A stretch of 64,000 nt of DNA, taken from an uncultured Anaerolineales bacterium (GTDB taxonomy: Bacteria; Chloroflexota; Anaerolineae; Anaerolineales; UBA11858). The stretch is from assembly GCA_964603385.1 (NCBI GenBank), contig CAZRUS010000006.1, positions 33,540 to 97,539 on the forward strand, in the 5' to 3' direction. The position numbers and the translations under genes were made by a program. The notes below the pieces were generated by a model. It ran no database searches and was not told the origin of the DNA. It worked only from the letters and a program-made list of their open reading frames with translations. The first letter of the stretch is position 1. Each line of letters opens with the position of its first letter. This document shows positions 18,402 to 27,481 of the stretch, piece after piece.

Positions 18402-19172
18402 GTGAAAAAACAACCCGGACGGGGCATTCTGAATGAGATCATGATCATCGCCGGCGCACTGCTGCTGCTCTGGGCTGCCTTAACCTCCCTGAAACCCGTC
18501 CTGGCAGCCCAATCCCTGCCCGATGGACGCTATTTTGTCACCGGCCCTGAGATCCGGCTGCCTCTCCCTCAGCTGGCTTCCGTGCTCAACACCGGCCCGG
18601 TGCAAGAGGATGTCTTCTCTCCCCTGCTTTACAGGACACCTACCCCGACACCGACGCCCACCCCGACACCAACCCCCACTCCAGTTCCCAGTGCGGGTCC
18701 TGTGGTCCGGCTGGTCATTCCCCGGATTGACGTTGACCGGGCCGTAGTCCCCCTTAATCAGCAGCGGGACAGCAGTGGTCGGATCCGCTATGACACCGCT
18801 GCCCTGTTTGCCACCAGCAGCCGTTTGGACCTGGTCGGCCAGGTGGCCACCTCTGTTAACCCGGGAGACGGCAGCAATATTGTTCTGGTCGGGCACAATT
18901 ACAACCGGGGCTGGTATGCCTGGGAAGGGGTTTTTGTCGACCTCCATAAACTGAAAACGGGGGACAAAGTGGTTCTGTTCACTGAGAATGGGGACAAACA
19001 TACCTATCGGGTTAAAAGAATCAAGGAAATCCCCTGGTCAAGCAAGACCAATGCTGAGATCCAGAAGCACAGCCGGTACCTGGGCCCTTCCGCAGAGGAA
19101 AAGGTGACCCTGATGACCTGTGGGGGTGTCTTCGGTGTCTGGGGCGCCCGGGTTTACGTCGTGGCGAAATAA
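18402..19172 (+). CDS. sortase (class E/F-like) with (Thr-Pro)n linker
   Basis: GTG start, N-terminal TM anchor, and a TPTPTPTPTPTPTPTP linker. Catalytic signature LVGHNY (His), TLMTCGG (TLxTC Cys) and ARVYVVA (Arg). Confidence 0.8.
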   Translation: MKKQPGRGILNEIMIIAGALLLLWAALTSLKPVLAAQSLPDGRYFVTGPEIRLPLPQLASVLNTGPVQEDVFSPLLYRTPTPTPTPTPTPTPTPVPSAGPVVRLVIPRIDVDRAVVPLNQQRDSSGRIRYDTAALFATSSRLDLVGQVATSVNPGDGSNIVLVGHNYNRGWYAWEGVFVDLHKLKTGDKVVLFTENGDKHTYRVKRIKEIPWSSKTNAEIQKHSRYLGPSAEEKVTLMTCGGVFGVWGARVYVVAK

Positions 19173-19196
19173 CCGCTGCTTCTCCAGAAGTAGGAT

Positions 19197-19211
19197 AAAA
19201 CCCTTGGTTTT
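19197..19211. terminator. weak bidirectional hairpin between convergent genes
   Basis: AAAACC-ctt-GGTTTT between the stops at 19172 (+) and 19216 (-). The stem is short and AT-rich. Confidence 0.3.
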
Positions 19212-19215
19212 GAAA

Positions 19216-20403
19216 TTAACCCATCTCCGACCGGGTTTCCTCCAGACAGCCTCCCAACCTTTCGATTCCCCGCGCAAGCTGCTTTTGATCATAATAGCTG
19301 AAGCTCAAGCGGATGTGCTCCACCAGTCCCTGCTGACTGGAAAACAGCGTTCCGGGACGGAAATCGACCTTCCGATGCCGGGCTTTTTCCCGCAGCGCGG
19401 CTGTTTTCACACCCGGCAAACGCACCCAGAAGAAAAATCCCCCTCTGGGAACCCGGTACTCCGCCCAGGATAGATGCTCTTCCAGCGCCGCGGCCATGGC
19501 TTCCAACCGCCGCTGGTAGGCTGCTTTCAGCTGCTGGATATTCTTCCGCAGGTCACCGGCTTCGATCAACGCTGAGACCAGCGCACTGGTGAAAGGATTC
19601 ATTCCCCCACCGCTGTCCAAGAGACCGCTGCCAGACAGCTGCTGGATCACCTCCTCATGGGCCTGAATCCAGCCCAGACGCAGGCCGGGAGCAAGGATTT
19701 TTGAAAAGGAATTCAGCGAGATCACCTGGGGCACCTCTTTGCTGTAAAAGGAAAACGGTCGGGGAACCACCCCCTGATACCCCAGGAAATGGTAGACCTC
19801 ATCGGCGATGAGCAGAAAATGATGTTTTTCCGCCAGCCTGACCAGTTCCTCCCGGCGGTCCCGGGGCAGGGTCAGACTGGCCGGATTATGAAAAGTGGGA
19901 ACGGTGTAGAGCAGCTTCGGCTGCTGCCTCTCCAGGGCTTTCTTCAAGCGGTTGATATCCAGGCCGCGGTCATCCATGGGGAGGGAGATTACCTCCAACC
20001 GGTGATCCCGGAAAATGCGCAGCGCCAGGAAATAGGTCGGCTCCTCTACAAAAACCACATCCCCGGGCTGTGTGAACAGCGTGCAGAGCAGATCCAACCC
20101 GGAGGAAGCCCCTGCTGTGGTAAACAGGGAGTCCGGACGGACCGGAAAGGAACTTTCAGCTGAGAGAAAATCCGCCAGCGCGATCAGGAAATTACCGTTT
20201 CCCTGTTCTGCGCCGTACTGCAGGGTGCGCGGGTCAGCTTCAGAAAAATACTGTTTGGCCGACCGCTGCAGCTTCTCCAGGGGCATCAGTTCCAGACCCG
20301 GGTTGCCGGAGCCGAGATCAATAAAATCTGGCGGGGGGTCAGTTTGGGCGATTCGGGGAATGAACATATCTCCAAGTATACCGAAAGCATGCCTGGAATT
20401 CAA
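19216..20403 (-). CDS. class I/II PLP-dependent aminotransferase
   Basis: 395 aa. The pattern DLGSGNP...NPASLTL...SFSKILAPGLRLGW (PLP lysine in SFSK) is typical of the 2-aminoadipate/aromatic aminotransferase-like family. TTG start with a GAGAGGTG RBS. Confidence 0.75.
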   Translation of the reverse strand: MNSRHAFGILGDMFIPRIAQTDPPPDFIDLGSGNPGLELMPLEKLQRSAKQYFSEADPRTLQYGAEQGNGNFLIALADFLSAESSFPVRPDSLFTTAGASSGLDLLCTLFTQPGDVVFVEEPTYFLALRIFRDHRLEVISLPMDDRGLDINRLKKALERQQPKLLYTVPTFHNPASLTLPRDRREELVRLAEKHHFLLIADEVYHFLGYQGVVPRPFSFYSKEVPQVISLNSFSKILAPGLRLGWIQAHEEVIQQLSGSGLLDSGGGMNPFTSALVSALIEAGDLRKNIQQLKAAYQRRLEAMAAALEEHLSWAEYRVPRGGFFFWVRLPGVKTAALREKARHRKVDFRPGTLFSSQQGLVEHIRLSFSYYDQKQLARGIERLGGCLEETRSEMG

Positions 20404-20673
20404 AACACCTCTCAGGTTCCGGCCCGTTTGGCGCGGTGTTCAAACCAGCGGAATTGGGAAAATCCCCTCAGGGCCTGGATTGCCAGCATGCCCGACGCCG
20501 AGAATCGAGGGAAGCCCCAGCCGCTTCTTTGACCCGTCTAATTGGCGTCTGGAGTATTTCCTGATCCTCTTTCCGATTTTGATTTTTTTCCACTGAGGAA
20601 GATGGGGCAGTCAGAAAACAAGTTCCCTCATCCTGTTCAGCTGCAAAAGGAATTTTGCTGATTAGTTCAGCTC

Positions 20674-21897
20674 TTACCCAATCCCTTTCAGCTGGGTGGA
20701 TTCCTGACTGTCAAAAATGAATTTCTTCACCAGCAGAAGGGAAAGCAGGATCAAGCCCGAGCCCATCAGGACCACGGCGGGTGTCCCCCCCCGGGTCCAT
20801 AAGAAAGTGAACAGGGGGGGCGCGATCCCTTCCCCGATCGTATTACCAAAAGAAATCAGACTGAATAATGTCGCCCGATTTTCAATAACCTGTTCGGAGA
20901 TTAAGGGGATGGAAGAGGTAATTGCAAATTCCAGAGAGACTGTGTAGAGGATCATCAGCAGCAGGATGAGATTCAAGGAATCCCGGACCAGCAAAAAAGC
21001 AACAAAAAACATCAGGCTGATCAGCAGACCAACCAGGGTGCCCCGCCTTTTCCCAATCCGATCGACAATCATCCCGGCCAGCAGCAGACCGAATAATTCA
21101 GCGATGCCGATCGCAGTCCCGGTGACTCCAATTTGGAGAGGGCTAAAATTAAAGCGCTCATTGAGCAAAAAAGCCCAGAAGAGGGTAAACAAGGTAAAAG
21201 CATTCAAAAGCAGTGTGGAAACGCCGATGGATGCCAGCACTTTTGGTTGTTTGCTCAGCGTCCAAATGGAGCGCAGAATGCGGGAATGGTCAGATCTGAT
21301 TTCTGTTTTAGGAAGGCTGAAGGTGAGAATCAACCCGTTGACCAGGCAGAGGCCAGCCAGAGCCACAATGGGCAGCTTCCAGCTGCCGATCTCGATTAAC
21401 CATCCTACCAGGGGAAGACCCACAATGCCGGCTGTGGGAAAAGAAGCGTCCACCGCTGCCAGCGCACGCCCACGGCGCTGGTACCTGACCAGGTCGCTGA
21501 CATAGGCTCTCAACACCGGATAAAACGCAGCGGCGCTGAGGTTGAGCAGCAGCATGGGGAGCAGGCTCCACCATCCCTGAAAGATGGTTAATCCCAGCAG
21601 GGAAAGCCCCCGCAGACCCAGTGCCAGGGTCATCATCAACCGTCGGCCCCGTTGATCCGCCAGAGCCCCAATCATCGGGCTGACCAGTCCAATCAAGGAA
21701 CGGACGCCGAGAATCCAGCTGAACCCGGCAACCGTTAACCCCAGACCGCTGGAGATCTCCGGGAGGAAGGGCATAAAGAAACGGGCGCTGGTATCAACTA
21801 CCAGACGGGAAATGAACAGGATGCTGATTACTTCAACACTGACACCCAGAAAAGCAGTCAGCCGGTTGCCCTTTGAGGGAAGCTGTGGATCCGTCAA
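20674..21897 (-). CDS. MFS transporter
   Basis: 407 aa with about 12 predicted TM helices. The GALADQRGRR loop matches the MFS motif A. Confidence 0.8.
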   Translation of the reverse strand: MTDPQLPSKGNRLTAFLGVSVEVISILFISRLVVDTSARFFMPFLPEISSGLGLTVAGFSWILGVRSLIGLVSPMIGALADQRGRRLMMTLALGLRGLSLLGLTIFQGWWSLLPMLLLNLSAAAFYPVLRAYVSDLVRYQRRGRALAAVDASFPTAGIVGLPLVGWLIEIGSWKLPIVALAGLCLVNGLILTFSLPKTEIRSDHSRILRSIWTLSKQPKVLASIGVSTLLLNAFTLFTLFWAFLLNERFNFSPLQIGVTGTAIGIAELFGLLLAGMIVDRIGKRRGTLVGLLISLMFFVAFLLVRDSLNLILLLMILYTVSLEFAITSSIPLISEQVIENRATLFSLISFGNTIGEGIAPPLFTFLWTRGGTPAVVLMGSGLILLSLLLVKKFIFDSQESTQLKGIG

Positions 21898-21931
21898 AAA
21901 TAAACTCCTCGGTTTCCTTGATCAGGAATGA

Positions 21932-22471
21932 TCATAAAACGGGTGGTGTGATGCAGCAAAGCACTGTCAGGGCCTGCCGGTTGGGAGATCCGAACTCCCG
22001 CAGCAGATCTCCTTCATAATAAACCGTATCCCCTTTTTCAAGCAAAAAGCGATCTTCTCCAATCAAAATCTCCAATGTTCCACTGATGACATGCATCCAC
22101 TGCTGGGTGGGTTTTGCCAGAGGTTGAGCAATTCTTTTCACCCCTGGATCAATGGAGATCAGGTATGCCATCATATCCCGGCTGAAATCCGGAGTCAGCA
22201 GGTCATAACTGATCTGATCGTCTTCAAACTTAAGCCGGCGGCGCTCATCCGCCCGGACAACATTTCCCGCCGGCTCGTCGATCAGCAGGGAAAACATGGG
22301 GATTTCCAGGGCTCTGGCGATACTTTGCAGTGAATTCAGGGAAGGGGAAACCTGGTCGTTCTCAACCTGGCTGAGGAAGCTGGCCGTCACCCCCGCTTTT
22401 TCGCCCAGCTCTCTCAGACTGAGACCTTTTTGATGCCGATGTTCCTTGATTTTGTCGCCAATATTCATCAT
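21932..22471 (-). CDS. XRE-family HTH regulator with C-terminal cupin domain
   Basis: IGDKIKEHRHQKGLSLRELGEKAGVTASFLSQVENDQ (HTH_3) followed by a cupin-like beta-barrel. Likely start MMNIGDK at 22471/22468 rather than 22528. Confidence 0.8.
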   Translation of the reverse strand: MMNIGDKIKEHRHQKGLSLRELGEKAGVTASFLSQVENDQVSPSLNSLQSIARALEIPMFSLLIDEPAGNVVRADERRRLKFEDDQISYDLLTPDFSRDMMAYLISIDPGVKRIAQPLAKPTQQWMHVISGTLEILIGEDRFLLEKGDTVYYEGDLLREFGSPNRQALTVLCCITPPVL

Positions 22472-22502
22472 CGTCTTCCAGTCCCTCCCCAGTGAACCAT
22501 GG

Positions 22503-23282
22503 TCAAGAGAGAATAATCCCTCCATCAACTTCCAGGGCCTGTCCGGTCAGATAGCGGGAGTCTTCAGAGGCCAGGAAGGAAATCACCCCGGCGATCTCCC
22601 AGGGTTCTGCCAACCGCTTCATAGGACAGTCGTTGGCGCGCATCTCCAGCCACTCCTGGGCTGACAGCCCATCCGCTTTCCCCACTTTTTTAGCCACATT
22701 GCGGACCATATCCGTGAGCGTGTTGCCGGGACATACCGCATTGGCTGTCGGTCCGAATGGGGCCATTTCCATCGCCACCGAGCGGGTCAATCCGATCACG
22801 CCGCTCTTAGAAGCAGAGTAAGCAGCTGAAGCCGGCCAGCTGGTTTTTCCGGCCATGGAAGACAGATTAATAATGCTGCCGGATTGATTTTCCATCAAGA
22901 TCGGTGCCACTGCTTGATTGGTTAAGAACACCCCGGTGAGGTTAATATCCAGCGTCCGCTGCCATTCCTCCTCAGAGACTTCATCCAGCGGAGACCCGGT
23001 GTAGATCCCGGCGGAAGCCACCAGAACATCAATTCGTTCCCATTTTTCCAGAATAGTGTCCACTGCGGACTGAATGCTCTTCCGTTTGGTGACATCGCAG
23101 GTTAAAGCCAGGACTTCTGCACCCTGATCACGGCACTGATCAGCAGCTTCTTGATTGTGTTTCTCATCCAGATCAAGGCAGGCCACCCGGGCTCCTTCCC
23201 CCGCAAAACGCACTGCTGCGGCTCTGCCAATCCCATTCGCCGCGCCGGTGATCATCACCACTTGGTCAACAAATCGCTTCAT
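22503..23282 (-). CDS. classical short-chain dehydrogenase/reductase
   Basis: TGAANGIG (TGxxxGxG), NLSS, YSASK (YxxxK). The start at 23282 (MKRFVDQ) is preceded by a GAGGTG RBS. Confidence 0.85.
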   Translation of the reverse strand: MKRFVDQVVMITGAANGIGRAAAVRFAGEGARVACLDLDEKHNQEAADQCRDQGAEVLALTCDVTKRKSIQSAVDTILEKWERIDVLVASAGIYTGSPLDEVSEEEWQRTLDINLTGVFLTNQAVAPILMENQSGSIINLSSMAGKTSWPASAAYSASKSGVIGLTRSVAMEMAPFGPTANAVCPGNTLTDMVRNVAKKVGKADGLSAQEWLEMRANDCPMKRLAEPWEIAGVISFLASEDSRYLTGQALEVDGGIILS

Positions 23283-23320
23283 GTTTTGCACCTCGCTTCT
23301 GTTTCTAATCATGGGTTCAA

Positions 23321-24097
23321 TTAGCTCTTTAAGATTTCCAGCGCTTCTGCAATGGAAACATTCTCATGGATCAAGGCAGCCACGGCTGCGGTCATGCTGG
23401 TGGGATTCTCGGCCTGGAAGATATTGCGCCCGATGGCCACACCCCGGGCTCCTACATCCAGCGCTGCGCGGATCTTTTCCAGCATTTCCTGCTCACTGCC
23501 CTTTTTCGCCCCGCCCAGGATCACCGCCGGAACATAACAGGTGCTGGTCACCCAGTCAAATCCCTCCGCATAGGGAATTTTGACCCAATCGGACCCCAGC
23601 TCCGCCCCCACCCGGGCAGCAATTGCGATGCTTTTCGCTGTTCTCATATTGTCGGGACTGTCAAATCCGCCGGGAACCATCTCCCCCATCACCGGTATAT
23701 GCCAGCGGTGTGCTTCTCCGATCACCCTGGCCAGGGTGGCCAGGGATTCTTCCTCATTGGGCGCCCCGGGGAAGGCTGAGACGGCCACAGCATCTGCACT
23801 GACGCGAATGGCATCCTCCAGGGAATAAAATTGTGATCCCGGCCCCATCTCCCCCAGGCTGGTCCCCCCGCCGTCCAGGCGCAGGATCAACCCCAGCGGG
23901 GCGATTTCTTTCGCAAAGCGGCTGGCGGTACCGTAGCTGGTCAGGATGGCATCCGCTCCCCCAGCGACAATTTTTTCCAGGGTCTTTCCAGGCTGCTCCA
24001 TGCCGGGCGCAGGTCCATCCAGCATCCCGTGATCGAAAGCAACAATCAAGGCTCTCCCATCCTTTTGAAAAATCCGATTCAATCTTCTGGTCTTCAT
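23321..24097 (-). CDS. class I aldolase, DhnA/LsrF family (COG1830)
   Basis: 258 aa. [10 protein letters not shown]-terminal motif, Schiff-base lysine context [18 protein letters not shown]-terminal motif. Confidence 0.75.
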   Translation of the reverse strand: MKTRRLNRIFQKDGRALIVAFDHGMLDGPAPGMEQPGKTLEKIVAGGADAILTSYGTASRFAKEIAPLGLILRLDGGGTSLGEMGPGSQFYSLEDAIRVSADAVAVSAFPGAPNEEESLATLARVIGEAHRWHIPVMGEMVPGGFDSPDNMRTAKSIAIAARVGAELGSDWVKIPYAEGFDWVTSTCYVPAVILGGAKKGSEQEMLEKIRAALDVGARGVAIGRNIFQAENPTSMTAAVAALIHENVSIAEALEILKS

Positions 24098-25105
24098 TTA
24101 GGCAATCCTCTCTAATGTTTCTTTGGTTACTTGGTAAATGGGTTCTTCTCCATGGAAAAACCGCCGCAACTCCTCGACGGCTAATTCTCCCATGTGGTGG
24201 CAGTTATCAATACATCCGGCTATGTGCGGTGTGACTACCACATTCGGCAGGCTGCGCAGCGGACTGTCTGCGGCAGGGGGTTCAGGATCTGTGACATCCA
24301 AAAAAGCGAAGAACCTCCCCTTTTGAAGTTCCGCAATCAAAGCTTCTTCCTCAATCAGCGAGCCTCTGGCGGTGTTGATAAGCAATGCGTCATCCTTCAT
24401 CATCAGCAGGCCCGCTTTGTTCAGCATCTGGTAGGTCTGGGGATTGGCGGGGGCGTGGAGCGAAACCACATCAGATTGAACCAGCAGTTCCTCCAGGCTG
24501 ACTTTTTGGGCCCCAAAAGATTTCGCCCGCTCCTGATTGACAAAAGGATCATACAACAAGATCTCCACATCATAGGGCTGCAGCAGATCCATCACATGTC
24601 TTCCCACATTGCTGGCTCCAATAATCCCCACCTTCTTCCGGAAGAGCTCTTGCGAATACCAACGATCCCAGGTCGGTGAATCCCGCCAGCCTCCTTCCCG
24701 GACATGCACACCCAGCGGCCAGATGCGCTTCATCCCCACCAGCATCAACCCAATCGTGGTCTCCGCGACCGTCTTTGCCAGCGCAATTCCCGCACTGGTC
24801 AGGTGGATCCTCTGCTCCCAGAAGGCCTCCGAGATGAACCGTTTGACGCTGCTGCCCATATGAGCCATAGCCTTCAATTTCGGCGCAGCAGCGATTACCT
24901 CCGCATCCAGACGGGATACACCCCAGCTGGTGATGCAGGCATCGGCTTCCCGCAGCAGCCGAATCAGGGACTTTTTATCCGCTGGTTCCGGATGATCATG
25001 ATGGATCACAGCGGCAAATTTCTTGAGTGATTCCCAGGCCCGGTCACTGAACATTCGCTGGTAATGAACCTTTCCAATGACCACAGCAACAAGGGGTTTA
25101 TCCAT
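24098..25105 (-). CDS. D-isomer-specific 2-hydroxyacid dehydrogenase family protein
   Basis: NAD-binding VGIIGASNVGRHV, catalytic region LINTARG...DV...EP...TPHIAG. The stop abuts the downstream ATG (TAAATG). Confidence 0.8.
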   Translation of the reverse strand: MDKPLVAVVIGKVHYQRMFSDRAWESLKKFAAVIHHDHPEPADKKSLIRLLREADACITSWGVSRLDAEVIAAAPKLKAMAHMGSSVKRFISEAFWEQRIHLTSAGIALAKTVAETTIGLMLVGMKRIWPLGVHVREGGWRDSPTWDRWYSQELFRKKVGIIGASNVGRHVMDLLQPYDVEILLYDPFVNQERAKSFGAQKVSLEELLVQSDVVSLHAPANPQTYQMLNKAGLLMMKDDALLINTARGSLIEEEALIAELQKGRFFAFLDVTDPEPPAADSPLRSLPNVVVTPHIAGCIDNCHHMGELAVEELRRFFHGEEPIYQVTKETLERIA

Positions 25106-25133
25106 ATCAGTACCTCCAGATAGCTATGTTGTT

Positions 25134-25168
25134 CAGCAGCAGATCCCGGTTTGGTCAGCCTGCTGCTG
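25134..25168 (-). other. intercistronic stem-loop
   Basis: 9-bp stem cagcagcag (25134-25142) / ctgctgctg (25160-25168) in the 66-nt gap between the FGGY kinase and dehydrogenase genes. Confidence 0.35.
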
Positions 25169-25171
25169 GAT

Positions 25172-26629
25172 CTAAAGATGAAATGATCCTTGGTAACGCC
25201 GATATTTCTCCCTGTAGAGATTTCGCTGTTCTACGCCGGGGTTCACCAGACGGAAGGATTGACTGCCACCCCTTTCACCGGTGTTCAGTTCCTTCATCCA
25301 CCCCAACCCGTATCCAGTCAGGACGGCAGCGCCGAAGGCCGGCCACATATCATAATCAGGCAGCACGATGGGCCTTTCTGTAATATCAGCCAGAATTTGA
25401 GGCCAGTGGTTGCTGTTCGCCGCTCCCCCCACCATCCAGAATTCCTCCGCGTCCATTCCAGATTCCTGCACCGCCCAGTTCAGTTCAAAACCGGCACTTT
25501 CCATCACAGCCCGGGATAAATCTCCCCAGCTGTGATTTAACTGCAGCCCGGAAAATTCCCCCCGTCCGGTAGTCGCGGGATCCCGATGTCCCCCGCTGAG
25601 GGGATGGAACATCAGCTCCATCTGCAGGGAGGTTGTGTTTAAAGACCGGGCTAAAATAGCATAGCGCTCCTGCCGGTCTCCCGGCCGGGTCTGTTCCAGC
25701 CACCACTCCAGAGAGGCACCCAGCCCCCCCAGGGATTGGGAAACCATCCACCTCCGGGGTGAAACATGAAAATTCACATCCAGTGTTGGGGGCACCTGAG
25801 TGAGCTCCTGCCCCCTGACAGCTCCACTGATCACCCACGCTGTTCCGCAGGCCAGCAATATTTTCCCGGGCTCGGTAATTCCCAATCCCAGGGCAGTACA
25901 GGCCTGGTCATGGCCTCCGTTAACCAGGCGGACCCCCTCCGACAGCCCCAGCTGCTTGCAGAGCTCCTTCCTGATCGGGCCTACCACCGCCCCGGAGGGG
26001 AGAATTTCCGCCAGCTGCCGGGAGGAGATCCCTGCCAATTCACAGAGCGATTCACTCCAGGTACCGGTGCTGATGTCGACCAGCTGCATTCCTCCGGCAT
26101 TGGAAGGATTGCTCACCCAGCGGCCGGTCAGTCGGTGAGCCAGAAAGTCATTCAGGGAACAAAACCGGGCTGCGGCCTGGAAGGTTTCTTGATCATTTTC
26201 CCGCAGCCAGGCGATCGTGGGCAGCGGCAGACCTGAATACAGAGACCAGCCGCTGATTGTTTTGACTGCCTGCTGCCGGCCAGCATTTTTCCAGCGTTTG
26301 GTGATCTCCTGAGTCCGTCCGTCCATCCAGGTAATCAGGGGGTATACCGGCTCTCCTGCAGCATCGACCGGCAGCAGGGATCCGCTCTGGGCGGAAATGG
26401 CTGCTCCCAGCACCTGGACAGGGTGACCGATGGTTTCCAGCAGCTGCCGGATCACCCGGCAAACCGCTCCCCAGATTTCTTCCGGATCCTGCTCCACCCA
26501 GCCAGGCCGCCTGGATTTGTGCTGATACGCGGGAGACTGTACCCTGGCCAATTCCCTCCAGGAACGATCATAAAGCACCCCCTTTGTTGAACCGGTCCCC
26601 ACATCCAGGCTGAGCACAACCTCTTTCAT
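25172..26629 (-). CDS. FGGY-family carbohydrate kinase
   Basis: 485 aa. N-terminal LSLDVGTGSTK phosphate-1 motif, a GGMQLVD region and C-terminal MVGGAANS. TAG stop. Confidence 0.8.
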   Translation of the reverse strand: MKEVVLSLDVGTGSTKGVLYDRSWRELARVQSPAYQHKSRRPGWVEQDPEEIWGAVCRVIRQLLETIGHPVQVLGAAISAQSGSLLPVDAAGEPVYPLITWMDGRTQEITKRWKNAGRQQAVKTISGWSLYSGLPLPTIAWLRENDQETFQAAARFCSLNDFLAHRLTGRWVSNPSNAGGMQLVDISTGTWSESLCELAGISSRQLAEILPSGAVVGPIRKELCKQLGLSEGVRLVNGGHDQACTALGLGITEPGKILLACGTAWVISGAVRGQELTQVPPTLDVNFHVSPRRWMVSQSLGGLGASLEWWLEQTRPGDRQERYAILARSLNTTSLQMELMFHPLSGGHRDPATTGRGEFSGLQLNHSWGDLSRAVMESAGFELNWAVQESGMDAEEFWMVGGAANSNHWPQILADITERPIVLPDYDMWPAFGAAVLTGYGLGWMKELNTGERGGSQSFRLVNPGVEQRNLYREKYRRYQGSFHL

Positions 26630-27378
26630 CGGCGATCCGCCTTGCGGTGAGCATAATGCTCCCCCCCGTCCACCAGAAGCACCTCCCCGGTGATGTAATC
26701 AGCGGTCAGTAAAAAGATCACCGCCCGGGAAATATCGTCTGGCGTTCCCCAGCGGTTGAGCAGCGTGTTCCGGGCACCCCGTTCGATGTCCTCCAGATCG
26801 AAGTCAGGCGGCGGCAGCACCGGGCCAGGAGCAACGGCATTGACCCGGATCAAGGGAGCCAGCTCCAGGGCAAGCTGCCGGTTGAGGGCCAGAACAGCGG
26901 ACTTCCCCACCACATGAGCAATATAATTAGGCCAGGGATCAAAAGCGGCCAGGTCCACGATGTTAATAATCGCCCCTTCTCCCCTGGCTGTCATCAATGG
27001 AGCAGCTTCGTTGGCGCAGTAGAAAGAGCCATTAATCAAAACATTAGTGACCGCATGCCAATCCGAGTAATCTGTTAATGGAAATGGGGTTTCCCGCCAT
27101 AAAGAAGCACTGTTGATCAGAATGTCTATCCCGCCGAAGGCTTCCACGGCAGCAGCAACCATACTCTTAACCTGGGAGACATCGGCGATATCTGCCTGGA
27201 TGGGCAGTCCGACGACCCCGAAGTTTTCGGCCTCTCTACAGGTTTCCTGGGCTGCTCGTGCCGATGAGTGGTAATTGATAATCACATTTACACCCGCTTC
27301 GGCCAGCGCCAGGGAAATCGCCTTCCCAACCCGCACCGCTCCCCCGGTAACAAGAGCGGTCTTGGATGTCAATTCCAT
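26626..27378 (-). CDS. SDR with TGX3RXG motif (pteridine reductase/FolM-like subfamily)
   Basis: VTGGAVRVG has Arg in place of the second Gly, which is the PTR1/FolM hallmark. Also NYHSS, LINSASLW and ELAPLIRVNAVAPGPVLPP. The canonical YxxxK reads HVVGK, with a Tyr three residues upstream. Confidence 0.65.
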   Translation of the reverse strand: MELTSKTALVTGGAVRVGKAISLALAEAGVNVIINYHSSARAAQETCREAENFGVVGLPIQADIADVSQVKSMVAAAVEAFGGIDILINSASLWRETPFPLTDYSDWHAVTNVLINGSFYCANEAAPLMTARGEGAIINIVDLAAFDPWPNYIAHVVGKSAVLALNRQLALELAPLIRVNAVAPGPVLPPPDFDLEDIERGARNTLLNRWGTPDDISRAVIFLLTADYITGEVLLVDGGEHYAHRKADRR

Positions 27379-27481
27379 AGTATCCTACCCTTCAAATCAT
27401 CCCCTCACCCCAAGGGACCCCTGAAACGCGGCAAGTCTGACTCCCGGGGGCCCTGCTGGCTGGCATCCGCTCCCCTCCTGG

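Noticed and set aside
20785-20820. C8 and G7 homopolymer tracts 20 nt apart inside the MFS transporter gene, as possible phase-variation switches.
   Set aside because: They encode ordinary Pro-Pro/Gly-Gly codons in a GC-rich gene, the frame is intact, and there is no contingency-locus context. They are at most an assembly-error hotspot.
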